From Bigelowiella natans CCMP2755 (Eukaryota; Protista; Cercozoa), in NCBI GenBank assembly GCA_000320545.1, contig ADNK01000483.1, positions 16,832-80,831 on the forward strand: a DNA stretch of 64,000 bases, in the 5' to 3' direction. The notes beneath the pieces were generated by a model. It did no database searches, was not told the origin of the DNA, and worked only from the letters and a program-made list of their open reading frames with translations. Below, piece after piece: positions 12,247-26,349 of this stretch. The translations under genes and the position numbers were made by a program. Every line of letters begins with the position of its first letter. Within the stretch, counting starts at the first letter, position 1.

Positions 12247-12704
12247 TCTTATTTTCTGTGTTGACGAGATAGTAAAAGAATAAGGGCAGCTAGAAAACTT
12301 ATAATCAAGTTACTATTTCAGATGATAATTCTTTTGAACGCATAGAATACGGAGGGTGCTTGTGTTTGGAGGGCAACCTTCGTGTACAGCGGCGGTGCGT
12401 CGTCGGGGTTCTTGCAGGCAGATCTTTACGTCAAATCTACCTGGAAAAGCCAAATGTAGCCAACATTTCATAAAAAAGACATTCAAAAATATAGTATTTT
12501 GGAGGAAAAAGACTGCACTTTCTTCTTGATATCTCTCTGTCAGCTGTCACTTATATCTTGCAACACTTTTCGAGCTCGTTAAGTGCAGAGCACGAACACT
12601 AAATTGTTTACAAAGCATGGAATATTTCCTGGTTTTAGACGATATCTTATTGTCGCACAATATTTAACGGATAAAAGAGCGTTGGTAGCTGTGATCGTAC
12701 TCGC

Positions 12705-14400
12705 ATGAGCAAATGTGGGGATAATGATTCAAAAAAAGGCAGTAGCGATGACGCAGTCCAAAAGTTCCATTCAAACCTGGTTCATCCTGAATTTGATGTC
12801 GCATGTGTGGAAAAACATGAGATTCCATGTGTGCGCCTGAGCAGTGGCGTTCACCCGGAAAGCCGGAAAGCCCTGCCAGCGAACCCTGCTCACTGAACAA
12901 GCCTTGCCAATCTGACATCGAGGGGCGGGGGGGTGCAGGTTGCAGTCTTGTTCTTACGGAGGATTGAACAACCTACGGGTAGTGTGATGGCTTCCAAATC
13001 GTTTTGTGATCCTACGAATGACGACCTAGAACAAAAAGTAAAGAATGACGACGCCACGGCAGTGCCACGAGCTCCAAATGAGAAAAAGAAAAGTGTGCTA
13101 CACAATTTACCATCAGGGGAAGGCAAGGACATTGTGACATCCAGACCTCGTTCCAAATATTCGCAAATTGTCCCAGAGCGCTTCATTCTATGGTATGTAG
13201 TTTATGCGCGCGCGCGCGCGCGTGTGTGTATGTGTGTGAGTGTGTGATTTTTGTTTGGGGAGCGACGTTTCCAGATGACTTCACGAATCTTGCCTGCCTA
13301 CTTGATAAGTATGTGGATAATTCAATCGGTGATAGGTATTCTCTACGGTTCCTGACAGCTCAGGACCTAGCTATGGTATCCCGTACTTGCACGGAGATGC
13401 GGTGAGTAGTAGTAGTAGTATTGTGTATGTAAGAAGAATCCGTGCTTCCCAACTGATCGTATCTCAACATCCAGGATTTTGTGCGAGAAGGTTTCAAAAC
13501 AACGTTGCTTAGGTTTGAAAAAAATATCTTAGCTCCATGAGAACGTGCGACACTAATTTCTACCCGCCTGTTTGAACTAGAACAAAACTTCAACCAGCAG
13601 TATTCATGGACAAAGCTTTTAAGGGCTTGCGAGATGGTATAAGTGTCTCTAACACTCATATTTACGGACAACGAAATTTACGAATAATTCTCAGGTTGGT
13701 TCAAGCCAGATAAAAGGCCCTCGAGTTCCCGTTCCTGTTCTGTGCTCAACGGTATGTAGAACTCAACGAGGCCAATGAAACGAATAGCCTCAAATGACTT
13801 CGAGTTTTCTTGCAGAGGGTCGTTGTTGTTGAAGGTGCAGGCGTTGCAGGAGTCAATGGGTTTGTGACCGCCAATTTTATTGTAGCCAGTATTGTGATGA
13901 AGCCCTCTATTTTCCAGGGAGTATTTTAACAGCACCATGGGCGTCAACGGACGTGTGTTCTCTCGACGTGTCGACGTAATACTTTCACTGTGTTCGAACA
14001 AGCACAAATTGTATCCGATTTACTTTATTACATCTGCAGGGAAATGTATATATCTTGCGGAAGCTGTATTCTGGCAATCAGCTGTTTTGGTACTTGAGTA
14101 GAAATTCGACCCAGGTCATCATAGTAATAATACATATTCATTTCTGTGATTCACAGATAAACTTGCTTGCTGATGTGTATGATTGATCTTCTTTCCTGGT
14201 AATTCACAAGTTTATTACCAATTCAACAGCTTTATTGGGCAAATGTTCCTTTTATGGAAGCGTCTATGGAAGAAGGGTGCGCAAAGATTGTTTTGTTGAA
14301 GGCATGATTTAAACTAGTTTCGCTTAGGTACCCTCCGCGTAGACAATGGGGTGCCTTTGTGGATGCTCATCGTCCAGCCCCAGAGACACGAATATTGTAG
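12705..14400 (+). CDS. Probable F-box protein, multi-exon
   Basis: Spliced VPERFILW/YSLRFLTAQDLAMVSRTCTEMR is F-box-like. Later exons read VVVEGAGVAGVNG/EY and YPPRRQW...ETRIL*. Start is either 12705 or 12987. Confidence 0.6.
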
Positions 14401-14559
14401 AGATTGATAGTCCTGCTTGACACAAATATAACTCGCCAATGGTTTACATGGCCGTTCATGATATCTTTATCCTCCTGGAGGTCGGATATTATACGTATAG
14501 AATCGAAAAATAGTCTGATATTGAGCTTTAAAAATGTCATCCCATAAAATAATGATCCT

Positions 14560-15000
14560 ACAGCATCGAGACCATGCTAATGTACCATACACTATGTCTA
14601 CTGTATCTACATGAGTTGTGTGTGTGCGCGCGCGCGCGCGGTGCGTGTTAGCTTTGTGGGGCTGTAGCGCAGCGGAAGTAGGTACTATAGTGCGCATTAA
14701 TATTTTTAGCGGAGCTATCCATACATGTATGTGGGAACATTACATGAGTTCGGGTTTGCTAGTTTGGCATACTAGAGCATACAATATTGAGCGGTATCGC
14801 GCTATCTATAGCTAGCACGCAATTGCAATAGCTACCGCAGCAACAGCGACAAATGAAGCCACGTCCAGATGTATAGATGTGGCGCCATGCATGCGATCGA
14901 GCATCGTAATTACTGTATTGCTTGGAACGAAACATGTGAAGAAGTAAGTTGTGATGAACATGTGTTACAATTGAATGTGGCGACTGCTTGTAACTAGCGC
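14560..15000. other. Palindrome- and RY-rich intergenic tract T3 (convergent junction F-box / INTS9)
   Basis: (TG)n(CG)n run at about 14618-14640, plus gctatctatagctagc, gcaattgc and catgcatg. Confidence 0.65.
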
Positions 15001-15022
15001 CTTTGATTCCTGGTGTATCGTA

Positions 15023-17106
15023 TTACTTCTTACTGAAATCACCCTCGTGGAGGCGATTCATGCGAGCCGAACATCGTGATATTGCTTTACGAAGAAGGGA
15101 CCGCGTATTTGCACTCGTGCATTCTACATTTATGCTTTGGCCTGTGCTAGACCTACTTCCAAGTTGAGCTCCTCTTTGATCTTTGAGCGTTGTGGCCGTC
15201 ATCGTAGCGTTGAGGCTTTGTATACGTAGGGTCCTGACACATGGTTGCTTGCCATCCTGTTCCTCTTCAACGTCGTATATCCCGAGATCATTAAGTTCAC
15301 GGGTTAGAAAGCGGAAATACACATCGTCCATACGGGTATTGCTCCTTGCCTCAATCTTTTCCGTGCTCGTTGCCCGTCCACCCTGGAGAAATATCCTTCC
15401 GTCTTTAGTGATCGCAGTTGCCCTGAAAGGGACGAGCGTGGTTCCCATGTCTGTTTGCATTGACTCGCACGTTTCTTTATGAGCCAAGCACACCGACAGA
15501 AACCTCTTATCTACATATGCCTCTCTATACATCATCGAAGAAGCAGCAAAAGGACTGATTTGCACCCTCGCAACTCGATTTGGCGAGAACGTTGTGACAG
15601 GACATCCAGCCTCTTGCAGGAAGTCACCGAGCTCGATGAGCCTTTTAGAAGCTATCAGGTGTTTCGGTTGAATCTTGGGGAGAAGTCTCTTAAGGTCGGC
15701 CGCCCGTAGCCGAGTTTCTATTTTAATGTCCTTCGGTTCAATCTTGAACGATCTCCGTAAGACGCTCTGGAACGTGGAGCTCTCACCTTGGAATGGGGGC
15801 TCGCAGCAGATGAGGGCTGTCTTCCTTTTGCTGCTGGCCGTGGAAATGACCGACAACCACTTTTCGACGTAATGTTCGTGCATTAGACTCGGGCATACGA
15901 ACAATATGTGCGCATCAGATCGGCGATACGACGCTTCATCTGAGTGCAATGACAACCTCACCCTCGTACCTGGGCGCTCAATCTCATTGAGAAATTGGAA
16001 CGGAGCAACACCCCCAATCGCAAGTTGCTGCCTGGAACTACCAAGCCACTCTGACAGAACCTTACACGCGCGGAACGACGTCGATAGGTACTTGCTCACA
16101 AGATCGATTCGAATTTGTGGGTTTTTGGAGGACGGATTCTTGCTTTTCCTTCCCAGAAATTTTGGGAGATGCTCCAGAATCTCGAAGAGAACGCCACATG
16201 GGTATACAGGGATGAGAATCTGCATTTCTCTCGACAGGGCAAACTCGATTTCCCTGCACAGCCGGGAGAAGCTTTCACTTGCGGAATCCGGAGTTTTATT
16301 TCGGGGATAGTACGACGACTCTGCGATATCGGTCGCAATAAGAATGTCACAGTTGGCAAGGACTTTATGGTCAATTTCTTGCGAATGAAGCTTGTTGTCG
16401 TTTGCTGACGAATGAAGATATCCAATTTTATAGGAGCTCCCATCTGGTTTCGCACTACGGATTTCAAGGATCCAATTGCTAGCTCCAATGCCATACCCGG
16501 AGCTCACAGCGGTGAGAGATGCATCACACTCCGTCCATGACCTGGTGTGGATACACTCACCGAAATTTACGTATTGAATTTGTTCAAAGCTCTTATCTAT
16601 ATCCTCAGCCGAGTAGGGTTTCAACCATTTAGTTCTCTTTTCATAGTTATCTCCCCATCCCCCCAGACCACTTGCAGTGGAAGCATATTTGCTGGTTTCG
16701 CTCGATTTTGCGAACGAGGAATCCTGTGTAACGTCCAATCGCTGTTGCATCAGAATCTTAGCAAACAAGACGCTGGGCTCCGTCGCAAGTATTCGCCCTG
16801 TGTGCAAAGAAAAAGGAAGATCATCGGAAGTCCGGGGTTTAAAATTGAAATAGAGGTGGCGTCACCCTCGAATCTGGAGCTTTTCGTCAGATATGGAAGC
16901 GCCGACAGCGAATGGAAGTTGGAGCAAATGACAAGATCTATTGTCGAGAGGTCAATGACCGAAAAGTCCGGTGCGCCCAGGAAGGCTTGTCCGTTCTTGG
17001 CCTTGATGTTGGGACACAGCGGGCATTCTAAGAGAATTCTCAGCCCAGGCACAGTCAAAACCAAAGCACGATGGCTGAGAGGCCGCACCTCCACGACCTC
17101 GGACAT
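15023..17106 (-). CDS. INTS9: Integrator complex subunit 9 (beta-CASP, inactive nuclease fold), one intron
   Basis: Motifs IDLSTIDLVICSNFHSLSALPYLT, FEG/RILATEP, SSGYGIGASNW and LIPVYPCGVLFEILE are characteristic of INTS9. Confidence 0.9.
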
Positions 17107-17358
17107 CCCGACTATCCCTTCAGGTGCGGGGCACGGCAAGGGCGGGCCGGCTATGTACGAGCGTCGGGAGAGGAACGACCAATTAAGTCCCTCTGCGACA
17201 TGACACATGCATTGTCGCATCATCAATTTTAAATCATTTTCCGTATTGTATGATATTAGGATAGAATCGGTATGTTTTCTTACCAGTGGAACAACACATC
17301 CGACAACACTGCCTCGAATGGCTGCCGATTAGTCACCGACGGAAACTCAACGCCAGGG
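17107..17358. promoter_or_regulatory. Short divergent (bidirectional) promoter region INTS9 / helicase
   Basis: About 250 bp between opposed start codons, with an AT-rich core near 17220-17290. Confidence 0.55.
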
Positions 17359-18532
17359 ATGGCTCATCGGCGGTGTGTGCCTCATGGAGCTTTTCTCCTT
17401 TCCAAGCGAGCATCAGCAGGGCGATATATCTCTCACTCGGGTGCGTCTTGTGCGGGGATAGAAAATGCCTTCTACTCTTCTGGGCGGGGTAGCTGCAGTA
17501 GGGGTGTTGCCGATGATGCCAGGACCAAGCTGGAACTGCTTCTCGGAGATGAGCACCAGGTTGCGTTGCTATCTAGCCACCAGTCAGAGAGACGTGTTTA
17601 AAACCTTTTTGGTATTAGAATCTATTGCGAGAAGACACTTTTGACGACGCCGATTCCAGCTCCTTCCGAAGCGTCGTCTCTCTAAAGCTCAGCGATACCA
17701 AGGTCACCAGGAGCGACTTTCCCCCATTGCTATCCATTTGCCGATCTACGAATTCCCCTAACTGATGTCGAGTTATTTACCAAAATGCGTGTGTTTCATT
17801 CGAAACTTCGATAGGCACTCAGGGAAGCGACGGCGATGACGACGACGATGCATCCCTATCTTAGCGAAAACTTCGATATTGTTCTAGAAGGTAACGATGA
17901 TGGGTGTGAAATCTGAACTAGATTATCATAAGACAGTAAAAGAAAAATGAATATGTGAGATACCTTCACCGCAAATGTTATCAGCATCATCATCATGATC
18001 ATCATCATAACGAGTAAACGCGTGTAGGCAAGGGGCAATCTCGAACCGGTGAACTAGCGCAAGCGATGGCGTACCAGCATCTTTGGTCTCAACTCCCCGC
18101 CGATGTCTTGAACATTCTCAGGAGATCGATGATCACGAGGTCGGTTGTAAGCTGGCGAACAATTCTCCGTACTACTACTACCCGCTGATGCGTTGTTCCC
18201 CTTGCATCGTCTTTCCGAGTACTTGTCGACAACCGACAGTACCGATGAGCAAGTGTGCAGATAGATGTTCCTTACTACTCCCCCCCTCTGTGTTCCTACC
18301 TCCCCAGGTCAAACAACGCGACTACTATGGAAAAGGGACTGAGACGCACAGTTACCACCGCCTTGGAAGCAGGCAACATATCCCAGGTTCGTTCCAGGAT
18401 CTTAGGGTTAGTCGGCTGCGAGGAGGTGGTGGGAGAAGGGGGGGGGGGGGTCTGGGGTGAAGAGGAGACGAGTAGTGAAGAGGCTGGTGGGTGAAGAGGA
18501 AACAATGGGTGGTTGACTAGAGCCTTTGCTCC

Positions 18533-18563
<31 letters not shown>

Positions 18564-19047
18564 CAGGCTGTGACAATGCTGACACGAGGGCAGCACCCAA
18601 TGTAGCTATACTAACCAATTAGAGGTAGTGATAGTGACCATAGGATCGCTGAACATGCCGTTTGTATGTGACAACAGGGACATCGGCTTTTTGAGAGTTG
18701 TGCTGGTAGCTTGTCTTCAAAACGGAGAGTGGGGCCTTGTGGAGGAACTGGTACTACTAGGATAATATATGTAAGCAGCAGAGAGAGAGAAAGAGGGAGG
18801 GAGAGAGAGTGATTTGCTTTGTCTTTGAAAATATTGGTTTTGTGTGTGTGTTAGTGCGTGCGTGCGTGCGTGCGTGTGTGTGTATGTGTGTGTACGTGTG
18901 TGTATACGACTGAACCTACTACAAAAGATGATGATCTCTCTTTAACATTAGATGCAATCTCTTCGCACACGTGGTGAGCTGTTACCCTTCAATGAATGGA
19001 AGATTTGGCTCACGCTGGCATCTTTGGCCCCCCCCCCAAAGTGCACT

Positions 19048-19086
<39 letters not shown>

Positions 19087-20174
19087 TCGGCTGCTATCTC
19101 TTCCGGTAGTGGTAGTGCAATACAAAAACTACTCGACGTGACGATCTCTCCAAATTCTATACACCAGAACTCTGCTGCGAAGCGCCAACCAGGTGGTAAT
19201 TATAAGTGAGAGTGCATAGGAGAGGATTTTTATAGTTTTTTGCTGGAGAAGTATGTTCCTAGCTAGCCGCAGCATTTACTCGGTCCTGCTGCTCCAATTG
19301 CTGGCAACATCATGAACGACTACATGAATCCCGCATGACCTCTCCCCCCTCCCCCCCCCCCCCCCCTTCCTTCCTATCGCGTTGCACCAGCAGCGACGAC
19401 TGTCACGGTGGCGGCAGCAGCAGTATCAATCTTCGACCCTCGAGAGATCTGCCCCTCCACCGCAGAAGACGTCCTCTATGATGCAACGAAGCAAGCTATA
19501 GAATCGTCGGGCATCCGATTTAAAGGCCGACGGCTCGCGACGCGCCTACCTATGATTGCACACAGTGCAACCAAAACTATAGGTATCACTGGTCCTCTGA
19601 GGATATTACTCCGGCGGCGCGATGGGGGGGTGGATGGGGGAGAAGAAGGAAGAAGAGGAGAGGTAGGGGCTCTCTTCGCGGGGTTGAATGGCAACTTTGT
19701 GCGCATTCGTCGCACGTTTGAAACTGCGGCCTCTTTCGTCTCCTCCTCCTCGCAGCAGAGGAATATCGATCCCAAGTCATCCAAAGGGAAAAGACTAGGT
19801 GAGTGGTACTACGGGTGCATTGAGGAAGTGAACCGTTCTGCGACAGAGGGAGGAGGAGGAGGAGGAGGAGATCAGCAGCTCGAGCTCAGAATCGTAACCC
19901 TTGGAATACCAGGAGCGCGAGTCGTCGAGGATACGCTGTTTACAACTATTAAGGAGAAAGAAGGAGAGAATGCGGCGTCTGTGCCTTCTTCCCGCCACCG
20001 TCTGCGTGACATCATTCAGATCGCGGCTGGAGAGATATTTGAAGTTGACATTTATCGAAATGGCGTCTCTCCGTTCCAGGCCAAAATGCAGGCGCTGAAA
20101 AGGGTGCGGGAGTACATCATATTAGAAATCAGGATTGGTTGTAGACATAGAGAGAGAGACGTACATAAGTGTGT

Positions 20175-20219
<45 letters not shown>

Positions 20220-21676
20220 TATGTGTGTGTGTGTGTTCGCGAAGCCTTTATTGGCACTAAATCTATCGATAACTGCTGTTTCTACTACTCTTTGAAAATG
20301 ACATCCTTTGCAAAGGCTCTTTCTCCCTTCTCAAACACTTTCCTCCTACCGTTCCCCGCATCTTCATCGATACCATCCTCATCGTCATCAACAACAACAA
20401 CAACAACAGCAGCAGCAGCAGCTGCAGCCTTCCCTGAACTTCAGGGGGATCATGATGAGGTCCTTCTTGAGAGCAAGCCAGACGCCTTTGCCCAGGAGGA
20501 AACCGCAGCCGCCACTGCTGCTACTCCCAAAAGCAGTATTGGTAGTATTGGCGACGACGATGAAGGCGCTCTCATCAAGGCATCAGCGCGGGTGCCCCTG
20601 ACAAAGAGCCAGGTAGAGGTTATCCAGAATGTCGTGGCCACCGGCGACGACGAGCCCCTTCTTCCTGCCCTGGCTGCCGCCGCCTCCCCTCGTATCTGCA
20701 TGATTGAGGGTCGCAGCGGGTCGGGAAAGAGAACTGTCACCGCCGAAATCGCCAAGAGCTGGGCCCGGCAACGGTCGTACAGTGAGCGACGCTCAGGCCC
20801 GCAGAGGATGGGGATGATGATGGGGACAACGATGCCGGCGTCAGCGACGGTGTCATCCGCTGTAGCCACTACTGTGGAGAATGGATTTAGTGGGGAGCAG
20901 CAGCGCTATGATAGTAAGGAAGCTTCAGACGGGAGTGAGGTAGTTGTGGTCGCCTCTGCCAGCAGTGCCCCCGGTGCCGTGAAGGCCCTTCACCACGCTC
21001 TGCTAAGAGCTGGGGTGAATGCACTTAGGCTCGACCCAGACGAATGGACGTTGCGTGGCACTCCTCCGAGTAGTCGCGCTGACGATGATTTCGGCCGCGG
21101 CGATGGCGGAGAAGACTTCGACTATACCCTCAAGCAGCAGGTGAACATCAGCGCTGCTGCTCCCTTCCGTGTGTGCCTTCTGTGATGATTGCATCGTAGC
21201 AGAGCCGCAGTGCTGATGATAATGATGACGATGGGGACGGTGCTGATGTAGTGGTGGTGGTGGTGGTGGTGGTGTGTGGAAGGAAAACTATTCTTTGTGC
21301 TGCGACCAGTAGTCGTAGCACTGTTTGACAGCTTTATTGTCTGCCACCGTTGTCATCATTTAGCACGCGACCGTTGCACATAAAATCGCGCTCTCCCCCC
21401 ACCCCCCTCCCCCCCCCCCCCTCACCATAATCCTGCTGTGGCATCCTCCTTCATAGATGCTGATTGCACTTGAGACACAACTCGAGGAGAGGACACTGGA
21501 ATCGCGATTCGACAGAGCCCCCCCATGGGAGGGGACGGGTAAGGGAGAGGAGGAAGAAGGGGGGGGGGGGGCTAGGTCTGGAGAATGTCTCGACGATCCC
21601 ACCGAACAAGAATTTTGGATACGACAGACGAAGAGTCGGGATTGGCTCCGAGCTAGGCAAAAGGTATGATGACATA

Positions 21677-21728
<52 letters not shown>

Positions 21729-21993
21729 GAGGACGATGTCTCGAAGGGGGGTACTTTATTGCTGCAGCTTGCAGCTTTGCTGTCATCTAACAAAACGATA
21801 TCCGACACCACCACAACCACCACCATCATCCTCATCACCATTGTGCATGACTAATCCCACTCCTTCTAACTACCCATCAAAGGTTCTTCGAGACTGCGAC
21901 GTCTTGGTGCTTCCATTGGCGGCGGTTACCGGACATCCTCCTCCTCCTCCTCCTGCTGCTGCTGCTTCTGGAGCAGCTGCAGCAACATCACCG

Positions 21994-22030
<37 letters not shown>

Positions 22031-24638
22031 TCCCCTCCCCCTCTACTGCCAGTATCAATGCAGCTGCCGTCGCCCGTGAAGCGGAGGAGCTTCTAGAGCG
22101 TGAAGGTAACCCCCAGATGCACGGGGCGGGGGGGGGGTTCGTGTCTCGCCTCCTGCGGTCGGGAGATCTCATGTTCGATAGGCTTATCATCCACGAGGAG
22201 CCCATTGGTGAGGGGGGCGGCAGCAGCTGCCCACTGGATATCATGGCTCTTGCGGAGGGGCAACAGGTGATATGTATAAAGAAGAAGAAGAAGAAGAAGA
22301 AGAAGAAGCAGTAGCAGGAGCAGCACGCCAAAGGGAGCACGCAGAACGGCGATATGTCGCGGGCAGCTACCATCGACGCCATTGAAATCGTTGTGTGGTG
22401 CGCGTTGTGTAGCGAGAGAGAGGGAGAGAGAAAGAGAGGATAAATGGCTGAGAAGTTCAGAACAAACCATGATCTTCGTATAGCGACACAGACATCATGG
22501 CTGTTTCTCACAATTATTAGCTGCTGCGTGAGAGAACGAGAGAGGGGAAGGGGGAGAGACAAAGAGTTGATAACTTCAGTCATACGTCGTGGTTGTTCAT
22601 CATTTCTCCTCCTCCTCCTCCTCCTCCTCCTCGTCATTGTCGTCGTCGGCACCCGATCATGCATGGATTCCTAACTAGCTCAAGCAGCTGGTGATGGTGG
22701 CGGACGTTTCTGGAAATGAAGGGGGGGGTCACAGCTTCGCGTCGACTCTCCTTGAGGTGTTGAAGATAGTTGTCGTAGTCGTATTGATTTGTTGTTGTTG
22801 TTGTTGTTGTTGTTGTTATTGTACTACTTCATCATGTTGTGGGAGAACTGTAGCGTATAGTGTTCACCTACGATATCCTATCAACAAATACCCCCCACAC
22901 CACACACGACGTACATATTCATGGATCCACTGTTTTTCGATGACAGACATTGCCTGCAGAAGCGATATTCCATCTACACGAGCAGGTCTCTCCTTCTACT
23001 TCTCCTTCTTCTCCTTCTCTCTCCAACCCCCCCCCCCCCCCCTTTTCATGCCCTCTTATAAACCGCGTCCATAGTTCCGGTTGCCCCACGGATTGGCTCT
23101 TTTCCCCTTTGGCGTGTTTGCGGGTGCTGCGTCGAGTAATGGCCACTTCACTCGCTCTCTCGCCTCCGCCTCAATCCCCAATCATCACCGCGAACTCCTC
23201 CGCACACTGTTTAAAAACGATGAATTCCCCGTAAGTTTCGTGGAAGTCTCCCAAGCAAAGGAAATCCAGGTGTGTGCGTTGCGTGGAGGTCGCGCCGTCT
23301 CGTCGTTGTGAACATCGTCCTTTTGCTAGCAGCCCACCACGTTGTTTTCTCACTGTGCAGGAGGAGGCAGCAGCAGCAGTAGTAGTAGTAGTCGTATTGC
23401 TACATGTGGGTCGCATTACTAGTAGCTGTAGTAGCGTTGTAAGAGGAGCTTGACTGAGGCCCCCGCTTTATCTTTTTCCCCTGCTGCTGCTGATGCCGTT
23501 GGAACTCTACTACCATCATATCTAGAACCATAGCTTCGGCGACTTCAGGAATAGCGGCGATCTGAGGAATCGAAGCGAGGCCGAAAGGGTGCTCGTTTTC
23601 CTCCTCTTCCTCCTCCTCCTCCTCCTCCTCCTCCTCCTCCTTCATCACCATGACAATCTCACCATCACAACCACCGCCATTATCTATTCTATCACCGCTA
23701 CGACTACCCCTTCAACAGTGTCTGTTTGCTGTGATCTTCATCTGTTTTCTAATACCCCCAACCATCATCCGCCAACTGCAATGCAGGTATGCCAGGTCTG
23801 CAGCATGATAGTGGAGAAGGCATCTAGTCAGGGGGGGGGGGGACACGCCCGAAAACGAAGAAAACGACGCGGGAGGGATGAGGCCGATGACGATGCAGCA
23901 CCCGCCCTTTCGCCTATTTCCCCCATTCTAAGAATAGCTGTGTTGACGCCTTACGACTCACAGAAGGTCGGCACTGTCGGCTTCAATCGGATGGATGATG
24001 ATGATGATGACGATGATGATGATGATGATGGAAAAAAGGAGAGAAGGACACCGCGTAAGTCAGCTCTTGATTAGCATCATACGTTATTATTATTATTATT
24101 ATAATTGTGGCCATAATCTCATCGGCTTACTCGGTCTCCCCCCCCTCTCCATCTCTCTATCTCTCTACCTTCGTGCGTAAAGGAGTTGATAGAGTCCCTA
24201 CTAAAGGAAGCCGCTGCTTGTCCCTCCTCCAAATTGTCGCGAGATCATCTCAGTACAAGGAGCAGCAATGGATACAGCAGCAGCAGCAATTCGAGCTACA
24301 AGATCCAGGTTTGCCTGGCTTTCTCACCCGCGTGCATTCATGACTGTCCGGGTCGTCCTGACTCGTAGATGTCCGCCCTCTTTCCTTGTAGGTGGACGTG
24401 AGTACAATCGACGGTTTCGGTGCCAATGAGACGTATGTTTAGTAGTAAGAGAAGTCATTACGTGTGAAGTTTGTACAACTGCCTCCGGTGATGCCATACG
24501 GACTGCTTATTCCACCCACGGACAAAGATGATGATAGTAGCATAGACGACAATACCACCGCAATCTTAGTGTTCTACGTGCTGTCCGGATCGTAGCCTAA
24601 TTCACGCTCTCCTGTGTTTTCCATCATGCCTTTTTCTC

Positions 24639-24709
<71 letters not shown>

Positions 24710-26287
24710 TTCGAACCAATCTGATCGACAGGGACATCGTCATTTTCTCTCCTGCAAGAACAGGGAATCATTCCCCCTCCTCCTCCTCCTCCTCCTCTTT
24801 CCTCTCCTCTCCCTGCTCGTTCTCCCATCCGGAGTCGATGTATCACGTTCTTACGCGACCAAGGCTAGGCTTTATTCTGGTCGGTAGTAGTAGGTTGAAG
24901 ACTTCGCCTTGAGTCCATTCCACCATCTATCCGTGCTGCCAGCGAGAGATGTATATAGACAGAGGGGGGGAGGGGGGGGAGAGGGAGAGAGCATTGGACA
25001 TGGTGTTTTCTCGCGCGTTTGTTTTTGTTTTCTCGCGTGACGGGAGGACGGGTTGCTATTTGCCTGCCACTTAGGTCGGCAGCCGATCGTTGTTTGGAGT
25101 TGACAAGCTGTGGTAGGACATCGTAGCAACCATGATGAAAGGATGGGCCATGGGGACTTTCATGATGACAATATTGATGATGATGCTGCAGCGACGATGT
25201 ATCTTGGACAACTAGACCGTCATATTTCAAACAATTCACCATTGATCACGACACTTGTCGCCTCCTCCTCCCCATCCGCACACACTCAGGTCCTCGTGGT
25301 ACGAGTTTGCCTCCGGTACGGGCTCGGGTGATATGAAGGTTCGAAAGCGACCAGTGGTGATGGATGGCGACGATGGTGATTGTTGTCATCCATTTGGAAC
25401 CCGATCCTAACAGACAAAAGCATTTCGTCATGAATCACATGTTTATGCGTTTTTCCGTGCATTGGGTTTCACAGGGAAAATGTTGTGTGTGTGTGTGTGT
25501 GTGTGTTTGTGTTTGTGTTAATTGTGTCCCTTTTGTGTGACCGTACAACTTGCATGTAGAGGGCTACGAAAGCGATCGAGGAGGCAACTCAACTCCTGCA
25601 TAGGAAAAGGACAACGCCAATCACAAATTCATTATCATCGTTATCATCATCATCATCATCATCTCCACCAGCTGCAGCAAATTTGAATCAAGAGACAAAA
25701 GGAGGAGAAGGGGGGGGAGGGAGAACAGGAACAGCAACCTCAACCCCTAAAAGCTCTCTGACCTCCGCCGCGAATGCCTATTGGGTGCGTGTGAGTATAA
25801 TGTGCTTATATGTGTCGCGCGTGTGTCAGAAAAGATGTAGTTTGGGAAATAGTCAGGGAAAGGGGGGGGTCATGAGGTTAAGAAGGGTACATTTGGAAGC
25901 GCTCAAATGCACAAACGTCGATGCTCCCATTCTGCGAAACCAATCGCCATGCCTCTACTGTTTTCTGCATTCTTTTCCCCGATGGTGCATTCATAGTAGT
26001 ATTCACGTGGCGCATTTTGCAATCGTTTTTTCCAGCAAGCTTTGAATAGTGGCGCTAGTGAAGTGGAGTCGGAACTAATGCGTGAAGAAATTGTTCGCAG
26101 TGCGTTCAGCCTCGAATCACAAGAGTTGGAACGCAATTATTGGCTGCGGCCCCGTGAGTGGTCATCAATAGACCTCGAGGCGGCCCGCGCAGGAGCTCCG
26201 GATGCGAAGCCTTATATCGACGACTTGCCCAGTGCGCCATCGCGAAGAATACGCGAAGAGGATTCAAAGGCTGATGGGACTCGATGA
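17359..26287 (+). CDS. Large multi-exon UPF1/NAM7/SETX-like SF1 helicase-fold protein with degenerate catalytic motifs
   Basis: Motifs occur in order: MIEGRSGSGKRT (I), ASASSAPGAV (Ia), FDRLIIHEE (II), QQ/LVMVAD (III), IAVLTPYDSQ, VSTIDGFGANE/DIVIFSPAR (V) and YHVLTRPRLGFILVG (VI). Arg/Ser-rich N-terminus. Assignment of the last exons (25289-26287) is inferred. Confidence 0.75.
17830..25870. repeat. Microsatellite-saturated domain A (introns and exons of the helicase gene)
   Basis: Many (GT)n, (GA)n, (AT)n, (CTAT)n, (GAT)n, (CCT)n, (TCG)n and poly-G/poly-C runs. Confidence 0.9.
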
Positions 26288-26349
26288 CCACCCAAAACGC
26301 ACTAGAGATATTTGATCCTTTTTAGATCTGCACAGCTTCGTCAATGTGA

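Noticed and set aside
16547-17203. 218-aa plus-strand ORF
   Set aside because: Antisense shadow of INTS9.
26042-26287. Independent small gene
   Set aside because: It has no ATG start, is preceded by an AG acceptor and a chain of in-phase exons, and no tract or promoter separates it from the helicase. Treated as that gene's last exon.
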